Source of the DNA: Mobula hypostoma
Lineage: Eukaryota
Assembly: GCF_963921235.1 (NCBI RefSeq)
Contig: NC_086109.1
Location: 35,342,001 to 35,406,000 of the forward strand
DNA length: 64,000 bases
Direction of reading: 5' to 3'
Part shown: positions 54,590-64,000 of the stretch, piece by piece
How positions within the stretch are numbered: position 1 is the stretch's first letter
Layout: every line of letters begins with the position of its first letter
Program-made: the position numbers and the translations under genes
Notes under the pieces: model-generated
The model's input: the letters and a program-made list of their open reading frames with translations, nothing else
The model's database searches: none
Told to the model about the DNA's origin: nothing

Positions 54590-54936
54590 TTTCTATCTCT
54601 CCGTTTCTCTTTCATTGTTTACCTCTCCCTCTCTCTTTCTATCCATCTCTAATTTCTCTACCTTCATTTTCCCTCTTGCCCTATCAATTTCTATCTCTTC
54701 CCCACAATACACAACTCCACTTTACTCCCCACCATAAGCTCCAAAATTACCCCGAACCTTACTGTCCACCATACCCATCGATCACACTCCTCAATCATAC
54801 CCCTTGACTATATTCCCGCATGTTACCACCCACTTTCTCCACCAAATGACCACCCCCCACTTTACACTCCATCTCCAGTCCTCTCCCTCTCCCTCTCCCT
54901 CTTCCACCCCCTCCTATACCTCCTCTCCCTCCCCCT
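54590..54936. repeat. Polypyrimidine/C-rich low-complexity tract
   Basis: Strong C/T strand bias, including (ctctcc)n at ~54880-54935. Confidence 0.7.
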
Positions 54937-55419
54937 TGGTATAGTAGATTGTTAGTTTAATGCTGGATCTTCTACATCTCAGATGATGATTAAGATAAGG
55001 TGTTAGTAAAGCTGCATCTGCAAGTTTCATTGACTACCAGTATCTTAGGATGTTAAGTCAGTTGTTGTGTGATATTATTCTACGTCTGCTACAAGACCCC
55101 TGCTGGGTCAGGTGACTCGGTGAGAACTCACCACCTTCATGATTTTTGCCTTTGATTCTTTTACAACTCTTTTTTCCCCACTATCAATCTCTCTATTGAT
55201 ATGTCTCTTTATCTTTTTGTTTCTATCTCCTTCTAACTGTTTATCTATCCATGTTGCCCTAATCTGTCCCTCACCCTGTTCCCCACCTGCACCTTTCCTC
55301 CACACACCACACTACCAACACATTCTCCACCCAGCCTGCCACCCACCCTTCCAAAAACAGCACTCGACAAATTAAAATTCAGCCCATTCTTTTAGGTGAG
55401 AAAGTATTTCAAGATCTTA

Positions 55420-55590
55420 AAATAGATTACCTCATAGATAACACTTTGCTGTGAATATGACTTGCAGTGGGCAGATTAGTTACTGCATTTCCTACTCTAT
55501 GACATTAATAACACTTCAAATGTAATTGACTTAAAAGGTTCTGAGACATTCTGAGATTGTGGTCTGATATATATTATATACTTTCCTTCA
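55420..55590 (+). mobile_element. Deu-domain SINE 3' part
   Basis: agattacc..ttgctgtg..gacttgc..gcatttcctac..acacttcaaa..ttctgagacattctgag. Confidence 0.5.
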
Positions 55591-57202
55591 GCTCATGCCT
55601 GTAATAACAATGGCAGTATGCCTTTTCCACTTAAAGTCAGACAAATTAATTGCGTGTTTCATGTGATCGTTACACAATAATCACAGCAAAATGACATGTC
55701 TATATAGATTTCAACTGCATCAATAGGCAAGCAGGGAAATCTCTTAAATGTGCTGTATGATTTGTCAATCATAATCATTATTTTCAGAAAAAAGTACGTG
55801 TATTTTCTACAAAGTAATGCACTATTTTAAAAAATCAGGAGTTTTGAAAGGGCTGAATTAATCTACCCTGAAATTAATCTCACTAAGATGTGACCCTCCA
55901 AGGTGGTTTACTAAAATAATGAGTTCAATTTCAATAATTCATCTAAAGATTATGAAGAAAATGCTTTTATTTCAATTAATGTTAATTCAATTTATCTGTA
56001 AACATGGTAACACTTTGTATGAGAATAATGTATTACTGTGTAAAGTGTTCTCTCAATATGATGCTGTCTTTAGATGTGAAAGGTTAAAGTAATTTGTGCT
56101 TTTGGCTGCGCTCAAAAGCATTGCAAATTGTTATTGTTTAATAGGATACACAACACTCCAACTAAGTAACACAATTCTTTCGTCAAACTATTCCAGGCAC
56201 TTGTCTTGATAACTCAATTAAAACTCTGCAAGTGCTTGAAAGGTAATTGGCAGCTTTTTTCTGCAATGAATTTTGAGCCATGTTTGAAATTCATGATGCA
56301 TTATTCATTTATTTGGTAACACCCACAATGAATGCTTTAAGACATCTTTAATCCTATCCATTTGTTGGGGCAACTGTTCAAGTTGTATCAGTTGCCAGTT
56401 TTATACTTCTCTTATTGAATCTATCTGACATGCAAAACAAGTTCCTGACTCAGCTTGTTTAGTTTCCTGCCAAACAGGTTAATACAAAGTTTGGATGACA
56501 GCTGTCAAATCACATTACTTTCACACATACATCAAGCAAAGACCACCGTCACTCAGTGCCTAATCACTTCCCTATGATATTCAGTGTCAAAAACATTGCT
56601 GAATTTGCAGACATCAATATCTCAGGAGTCGCAAGGTATTCTAACATTCCCATTTTTACTGGACTAGTATCCAGAAGCCTAGCCTAATGATCCTGAAGCA
56701 TGAATTCACATCACATACACCAACAAACATACTCAGGTAACTAAATAAATCAACCACGTTGTATGCATTTGGTTCAACTGTGCCCTTTAGGGAAGGAGAC
56801 CTGCTATTCATAGCCAGCCTGGCCCATATGTGACTCCAGGTCCATCTATGTGGTTACTGCTCGCTGGCTTCTAAATTGCCCCATCAAGCCAATCAGTGGC
56901 ATGAGCAACAAATGCTGCTCCAGCACCTCAAGAACAAATAACAAGAAAAATTCATTGATCGGAAGCTCATTCAGCATCACCAATTTACAGTGTTGTGTAA
57001 CGCCTGTAAAGGGTTCCTGTCAGCTACAAGTCAAGGTTGCAATAGATTACTTTTCACTTTCCTGAATTCATTCTACATCGTTCAGAACAAAACAGGCCCT
57101 TTGTTCAGTATCCGATCCATAAACTTCAGAATCAGGTTTAATATCACTGGCACATGTTGTGAAATTTGTTGTTTCAGCAGCGGCAGTACATTGTAATATA
57201 TC

Positions 57203-59112
57203 TAGTTGAAGTCAGAAGTTTACATACACCTTAGCCAAATACATTTAAAGTCAGTTTTTCACAATTCCTGACATTTAATCCTAGAAAACATTCCCTGTCT
57301 TAGGTCAATTAGGATCACTACTTTATTTTAAGAATGTGAAATGTCAGAATAATAATAGAGAGAATTATTTATTTCAGCTTTTATGTCTTTCATCAGATTC
57401 CTCATGGGTCAGAAGTTTACATAAACTTTGTTAGTACAGGTTTCCCCCGCCATCCGAGGGTAGAGTGATCCTATGAAACGGTTCATAAGCCGGAATGTCG
57501 TAAAGCGAAGAAGCAATTACCATTTATTTATATGGGAAAATTTTGTGAGCGTTCGCAGACCCAAAAATAACCTACCAAATCATGCCAAATAACACATAAA
57601 ACCTAAAATAACAGTAACATATAGTAAAAGCAGGAATGATATGATAAATACACAGCCTATATAAAGTAGAAATACTTCTCCACAATCATTACTGCACTGT
57701 TCTCAGTAGTGAAAATCTCACACAAGAGCTGTTGGCAAAAGCACGGCACAAGTGCTCTCCAGTAACCTTTAAGCTATGAAGCTGCCAAATCATACCAAAT
57801 AACACGTAAAAATACACAGCCTTTATAAAGTAGAAATAATGTATGTACAGTGTATCACTTACGGGAATCGGGAAGATATTGCCGAGCACACTGATGATGG
57901 TGTTAGGCTGAGTCGTCGGAGGTCGGGGTGGTGCCATGGTCCCCAACTGCCGGGCAGCGACCCGATGCCGATCCGCGAAGCATGCAGGGTACAGCGGTAG
58001 CCAGGAGGAACACAGCACATCTTTAAGAAAAAAGCCGAAATAAACATGCTAATTAATTAGCTGCCTCCCGGCACGTAGTTGTCGGCCCAGATCAGAGGCG
58101 ACGCAATTGGCAATCGCCTCTGATCTGGGCCGACATTTACGTGCCGGGTGGCACTTAATTAATTAGCTTGTTTATTTCGGCTTTTTCCTTAAAGATGTGC
58201 TGTGTACCTCCCGGCTACCGCTGCATCCTCCGCGAATCGGTATCTGTCCACGGCCTGGGGGGGTTGGGGTGGTGGGACACTGGGGTGTCATCTCATCGTT
58301 GTCTGTTTCCATTAGGGCAGGCAGGTCATCTTCTTCTATGTCTGCCTGCCTCGATGTCGAAGGTCGAGGTTCGTCGTCTGCTATGGCTGATGTGGAAGGC
58401 TTGCTTTACTGCTTAGACTCGCGCATTTTTAGATCATACAGTTCTTTGTAAGGACTCAAACCATCTTGCAAATATGCCCTAAACTGGCGTACCCTTTCAA
58501 AATTAAAGTCGTACTTTATCATTACTCATCCGGTTTCGATTGTTATCCTTTGCTCTTCCAATTGCATCAGCTCTTCATCTATCAGTTCTTGGTCATGGAT
58601 GCCAAAACCTTTTCAACATCATCTTCGTCAACTCCCACAAGCCAAACTCACTTTGTCCTTACTTCATTCACCATGATCAAAATACTTAATTATGTCTAGT
58701 TTTACGCTAAGTGTAACACCCTTACGAGCTCTTTTAGGCTTTTCCGATACCTTAGAACTCATCTTGCTAACAGCTGCTCACAGGCACGTGTTTAAGCAAT
58801 GCCGGCGAGAATGCCGTTCCGAATCTGGGGGAGAGCGGCTGCTCGGGGCGCGCGCTGCCTTCTTTCGTAACAGTGAAAACACCTTCTGTTAGCGAAAACG
58901 AGGAACTAATGTAGGTCTTTCGTAACAGTGAGGTTTCGTAAAGCGAACGTTCGAAAAGCGGGGGACACCTGTATTTGGTAGCATTGCCTTTAAATTGTTT
59001 AACTTGGGTCAAACATTTGGGTAGCCTTCCACAAGCTTCTCACAGTAAGTTGCTGGAATTTTGTTCCATTTCTCCAGATAGAACTGGTATAACTGAGTCA
59101 GGTTTGTAGGCC
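57203..59112 (-). mobile_element. Sleeping Beauty/salmonid-type Tc1 transposon right end (IR/DR plus transposase C-terminus), split by a Tigger-like element
   Basis: 57203-57436 is an IR with two DRs GTCAGAAGTTTACATA (57211, 57408). 58972-59112 encodes PTNLTQLYQFYLEKWNKIPATYCEKLVEGYP/CLTQVKQFKGNATKY with one frameshift. Confidence 0.9.
57437..58971 (-). mobile_element. Tigger/pogo-like internally deleted DNA transposon (1535 bp)
   Basis: TIRs CAGGTTTCCCCCGC / GCGGGGGACACCTG; TA TSD (57435-36 and 58972-73); N-terminal MSSKVSEKPKRARKGVTLSVKLDIIK and acidic C-terminal remnants on the minus strand. Confidence 0.88.
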
Positions 59113-60469
59113 AGTGATATTGAACCTGATTCAGATCCTGAATATGCTTTGACTGCAGTGTAAACTCTCTGAAGGATGTAGTGCTTCAGCTCGGCAGGAC
59201 TTTTTCTGTGAATATCATCCAAATCCGTGCTCTTCCCATCCAGAAGGAACATAGGTAATAATTGATTGGGAACACCATAACGTTCAAAGTAAATTTATTA
59301 TCAAAGTATGTGTACTGTGAGTTACCTTGAGGTTCATTATCTTGCACCCATTCTCAGGAAAGTACAACTGAATTTCACAAAAAAATCTTGCATGAACAGA
59401 CAAAGACTGTCAAATAACCAATGTGAAAAAGAAGAAAAACGATGCAAAAGAAAATAATATTGAGAAGATGAGTTGTAAAGGGTCCTTAAAAGTGAGTCTG
59501 TAAGTCAGTTCAGTTCAGAGTAGTAATGATTGAAGTTAACCAAGCAGGTTAAGGAGCCTGATGGTTGTTTTTCTATCACCTATCATTCTGACTTGGAATA
59601 GGTCAAAGTTGGATCAGACAGGGTAATAAACTGAAATCCTTCCATTTCCCACAGAACAATTTATATGGGATACACCCTTACAATGTGGTCAGATTGAGTT
59701 CTGTTACATTTGTTGTTTTGTTACTTGTGCCCATGTAGAATTCCTATTTAGACTGTTATATTAGGAAAGAACATTCTCTAGCAATATACATGTTTCAAAG
59801 TCATGGTGACATTCATGATCAGTCAGGAATGCTGCTTGTTGCAGTTTTAATTCCCAGGACTGCCTCCCCACAGTATTGTACACCTCAATACCAACAGCTG
59901 CATGTTCATTTGCTTGTCAATCCACAGATGCTATTTCATTGACCTCTGATTCAAAATGCTTTGTTTGTGCCCTGTTAAAAACACCAAAGAGGCACAGTAA
60001 AGATTGTACTTCCCTAGTTACTTTGTTTAATATTATCAAAAAGATGACTTGATGTCCAATGTTAAAATTGTAACAAAACATTTTCCTAATGTTTGGCAAG
60101 GTTTTGCATATCTAACCACTTACTGTAAGTCACGTTCAAAATAAATTTCAAATGTTAATGTGTTTATCAAGTTATAAGTCTCACCAAGTTGTTAGTTTGA
60201 TTTAAGGATTTTAAAGTATTGGGTTGTGACAAAAAGCACTCAGGCTGTAGATAAAACCAAAAAATGGCAACCCATCTATCCCATCCTGAAGCTATGTTAT
60301 TAAAAGTAATGTGAGAATGCACAACAGTGAATTTTAAAAAAACTTGGATTCAATTAGCATAACCATAGAGTTTCAAATGTTGTTAAATGTGGACAAATTG
60401 AAATTCCTTGATGGTAGATATTCAGAAATCATGGAAGATTTAAAAACGGATCTTGTCAAAGGCAACAAG

Positions 60470-61740
60470 ATTGAAGCGGAAGTCAGAAAAGACCCTTGAG
60501 AAATCTGAAGGAATTAGAGGAGTTAAAAAGGTTCATGAAATGTCTTTGGCAATTTAGGTTAAGGAGAATTTCAAGGCATTTTACATGTGTATCAGGAGCA
60601 GGAAGTTTGCTAGGCAAGGGTTAAGTCCACTCAATGACAAAGGAGAGAATGTATGCTTGGAGCCAGAGGTCGTTTTTGATTTAGTTTTCATTTTTGATTC
60701 TGACACGTAGGAGAAGTTTGGATATGTACATGCATGGGAGGGGAATGGAGGACTATAATCCAGGTGCAGGTTGATGGGACTTGGCAGAATAATAGTTTAT
60801 CATAGACTAGATGGACTGAAGGGCTTCTTCTATGCTGTAGTGCTGTATGATTCCAAGAGTGTTCTAAGTGGGCAAGGTCCTGAAAGTATACTTTTTATCA
60901 GTATTCACCAAGGAGGAGGATGGTGATGATGATGAGATTTTTGAGGGGAATGTTAATCTCCTAGAGTATATTGACCTTAAATAATAAGTGGAGTTGGGTG
61001 TCTTGAATTAGTCACTGAGCCTGATCGAATCTATCCCGGAATACAGAGGTAAACAACAGAGGAGATTACTGGGACCTTGATAGAATTTTCATATCTACTT
61101 TAGCTCAAGGCAATATTCCAGAAAACTAGAGAATAGCCAACGTTGTTCCTTTGTTTAATAGAACCATTCACTTCCTGTGGGTTGGATCTGACAGTTGGGT
61201 TTCCAAAGTGCTGCAGCAGGAGGAGGTGCCGGCAGGAAATTATAGGCCAGTAAACCTTACACTAACATTAAGGAAAACTATTGGAGAAGATTATTAGGCA
61301 AAGGATTTACTTCCATTTGGAAAAAGCATAGACTTATTAAGCAATAGCCAGCTTGGCATTGTGCAGAGGAGATCTTGTGTCACAAATTTCGTTTGGTTTA
61401 TTTGAAAAGGTGACGGAAATGATTGATGAGTGGATAGTAATGGATATTGTCTCCAGAGACTTTTGTAAGGTATTTTTAAGTTGTCTTATGGTACCCTTAC
61501 CCAGATGAGATCCCTAACGAATTGGATACAAAGTTGACTTGGACATAGAAGATGGAGTGTAGTGCTGAATGGGTATTTTTTTGACAGAAATTCTGAGACT
61601 AGAGGAGTTCTTTGAGGATCGATGCTGGGACCTCTATTGTTTGTAGTACTGTCTATCACGGATATAAATAATTTGGACGAAAATATAGGTAAGTTTGCAG
61701 ATGATATGAATATTGTCAGAAATGTGAAAGGTGGTCAAAA
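60470..61740 (+). mobile_element. Old CR1 LINE ORF2 fragment (with a nested CR1 3' end at ~60705-60855)
   Basis: ANVVPLF..GNYRPVNL, SQLGIVQRRSCVTN, GSMLGPLLF, KFADDM. Confidence 0.75.
61156..61237 (+). pseudogene. Diverged partial copy of the downstream GRM exon embedded in a CR1 LINE
   Basis: 61168-61237 matches 63686-63764 at 63/70 positions after a 9-bp gap (first 27 nt identical). 61156-61167 matches 63665-63676 at 9/12 before another 9-bp gap. Confidence 0.9.
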
Positions 61741-61891
61741 ATACACGGACTGTTAATGGTAGTTTGTTAGTAAACACATTGTTTTTCAACAAGCTGAGGT
61801 TGTATTCTCATTCTTCATTGGATTTTGCAACACCTTCATTCTCTCCAAATGATCACAAGGTCAACCTTTGCTTTTAACCCTCTCACTGCAG

Positions 61892-62027
61892 GTGGAGTCT
61901 GCGTAGCCCAGTCCCTGAAGATTCCACGAGATCCAAAACAAGCAGAGTTCGACAAAATTATCAAGCGTCTTCTGGAAACTCCCAATGCACGTGGAGTCAT
62001 TATATTTGCAAATGAAGATGATATCAG
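61892..62027 (+). CDS. GRM4: Internal coding exon of a group III metabotropic glutamate receptor (Venus flytrap domain), most like mGluR4
   Basis: Translates (G)[44 protein letters not shown](R). Acceptor ...ctctcactgcag| and donor |gtaact. The 136-bp size and phase 1/2 match the homologous GRM4/GRM8 exon as I recall it. The exon call is solid; the GRM4 vs GRM6/8 assignment is less certain. Confidence 0.9.
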
Positions 62028-63479
62028 GTAACTTCTGACATAGTGGGTGAGAGGAGTGTCAAATTTATGAGGCTTCGTGTTAGGTGGCAACATTTATGGA
62101 GAACCACCGGTAGGAAGCTAAATTAAACAATGGACGCAGCTGGGTACAGTGGTCTTAGCAAAAGTCATTTATGACAGATAAAAGACAAGTATTAGACATG
62201 TGAAGTAACAGAAAGAATGTCATGCATATCCCATTGAAGATGCCTTAAATCTGAACAAAAACAAAATGCTTGAAATACTCAGCAGGGAAGTCAGTAGACA
62301 ATTCAGGCAAGGGTCAGCTGCAGGATGGCTTATTAACCTAAAAAGTTGCTCCTTCTCTGAAGTAAAAAACTGACCTGCAGGATGTTTTCAATACATTTTG
62401 TTTTGTTTCACTTTCTATTTTTCTATTTTAATATATCATTTCCACTTTCTATTTTTGCATCAGCTGATCTGAAGTGGAAAGTTACAAATTTAATGCAAAG
62501 TAATAAATCAATGGCAGATCAGCATTTCATCTCTTCTTCAATAACAAGTTACAAAAATTTAATTAACCATCTCAATGCAAGTCACATTATATTCATCAAG
62601 ATGATATTAATAATATTGATAAGTGCCATCTTATTCATTGTAAAGAGTTCTAAAGGAAAATCATAACCTGGATTTTGCTGGTTTGTTTCATTTGTTGATG
62701 TTGGTGCTGGTGGGCCCCGAATGCTTGCAGGGCCCATCAGCACCAATATCAGCAAAGAACCAAATAGGCTCTGTATTGAAGAGCCTGTAATTAAAAGGTG
62801 GAGTTCAAGATCAGGACCTCTGCGCTGTACTGCCCACATTCAAGCCATCATTGTTCAGGCCTGTTCCACTAATGAGGCCTGAACAGTGGCTGGAATGCAG
62901 ACAGAACAAAGCAGAGGTTCTTTCCTTGAACTCCACATCAGAGTTGGCAAAGATGGACACGGAGCTTTAACAGATGTGATTGTAAGTCATTTTAATGTTT
63001 TTATGTCTCTCTCACTCAAAGACATTAAAATTATTGATATGAATTTTAAAAAAATGTTTTAATAATAAATACAGTTAAAATGAATTAAAATATACCTAAG
63101 TGACATAAATATATAAAACTAAAGAAAAAAAAAGTTTATAATTATCTTGCCTTCCCCTTTTCCTGTTAAACTTATGCCTTTACAAACCCAACAAAGTGAA
63201 CGGAGATTTGGATTGTGTGCCTGGACTGATCACGGTGCAGTATCTGAAATGTATTACTGGGGAAAGCCCATGCCATGTCAGGACAAATTGACAGATTTCT
63301 CCGTGGGACACCTGGCAGTAATTCCAAATGATCTGCATTTCACAGCACTAACATGAAAGTCCAGAACTTTCTTCACATTGAACTTCACGACTCCCTTGTC
63401 AAACAATATACTGTTGTCCTGTAACAATGCAGTGTTTAAATTATAGCACTGTCCTCAGTTTTGTGCTGTATCCCCATGG

Positions 63480-63603
63480 GTGTTGTTTCCAGATGTCCGG
63501 GCTGCCCCTAGCACATTGTTAGGTTGTGCTGGTTGTTAACATAAACGACACATTTTCGACGTATATGTGAAAAATAAATGAATCTGAATCCGAACCAGAA
63601 TCA
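63480..63603 (+). mobile_element. Short SINE-like element with (aatctg)n tail; related copy at ~44395-44520
   Basis: gggctgccc..gttgttaac..atgtga.aaataaa..gaatctgaatc is shared by both copies. Confidence 0.55.
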
Positions 63604-63646
63604 GCATTAACGTTATTTCTTTACTGTTCCTTCCCCTCATCTGCAG

Positions 63647-63801
63647 GCGAGTGCTAGAGGCAACTAAAAGAGCCAATCAGACTGGTCACTTCCTGTGGGT
63701 TGGATCTGACAGCTGGGGCTCCAAAGTGACGCCAGTGCTGAAACAGGAGGAGGTGGCAGCAGGAGCTGTTACCATCCTTCCTAAGAGAGTTTCAGTCCAA
63801 G
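63647..63801 (+). CDS. GRM4: Next coding exon of the same mGluR gene
   Basis: Translates (R)[51 protein letters not shown](G). Polypyrimidine tract plus ctgcag| acceptor; donor |gtgggt. 155 bp, in frame with the previous exon. RANQTGHF and RVSVQG are closest to GRM4 ([14 protein letters not shown]). Confidence 0.9.
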
Positions 63802-63837
63802 GTGGGTGAGTCTGGTTTGCCATCTCTTTCTTTCAAT

Positions 63838-64000
63838 TGTCACGTGTCCAGCAACAATGGATATGAAATTGAGTCAGGTTTTATAAACAAACAACGATAT
63901 TTATTAACCTTTACTCAAAAACATAGAAAAGTAAACAAACTAGCTTAACCGGAAGTTAACCGTTATGCGGCTATATCAAACAAACAGTCAAACTTAGAAA
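63838..64000 (-). mobile_element. LTR terminus (runs off the window), related to the 33904 solo LTR
   Basis: Starts TGTCACG; ccagca..aatggat..ttg(g)agtc.gg.tt..tttattaa is colinear with 33934-33994. Confidence 0.65.

Noticed and set aside
61825..61891. N-terminal part of the 68-aa ORF before the GRM exon
   Set aside because: Intronic read-through; homology starts at the AG acceptor at 61890-61891.
1..61891. Upstream GRM exon (IPQISYAST...) or a nested host gene
   Set aside because: None recognised by eye. Short or non-coding exons could have been missed; a spliced alignment would settle it.
1..64000. CRISPR arrays, operons or prokaryotic defence systems
   Set aside because: The sequence is vertebrate intron; there are no regularly spaced repeats or dense ORFs.

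Overview
Eukaryotic genomic DNA, most likely from a cartilaginous fish (inferred from the repeat complement: CR1/HER1-type LINEs, HE1/V-SINEs, Deu-SINEs, Rex1/Babar LINEs, Penelope-like elements). The only host coding sequence is two + strand exons of a group III metabotropic glutamate receptor, best matching GRM4 (61892-62027, 136 bp; 63647-63801, 155 bp). I found no upstream GRM exon, so the first ~61.9 kb appears to be one large intron filled with mostly decayed, often nested transposons. Nearly all ORF-track entries are TE fragments or noise. The most unusual observations are: (1) a diverged copy of part of the gene's own downstream exon embedded in a CR1 LINE 2.5 kb upstream; (2) a Sleeping Beauty-like Tc1 right end split by a Tigger-like element carrying a large palindrome; (3) a 27-bp pre-miRNA-like hairpin between the two exons; (4) Penelope-derived minimal hammerhead ribozyme units; (5) RTE-like 5' ends. 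Repeat family names are from memory, not from a database search, and boundaries of decayed repeats are approximate. I did not find a convincing new multi-gene system.
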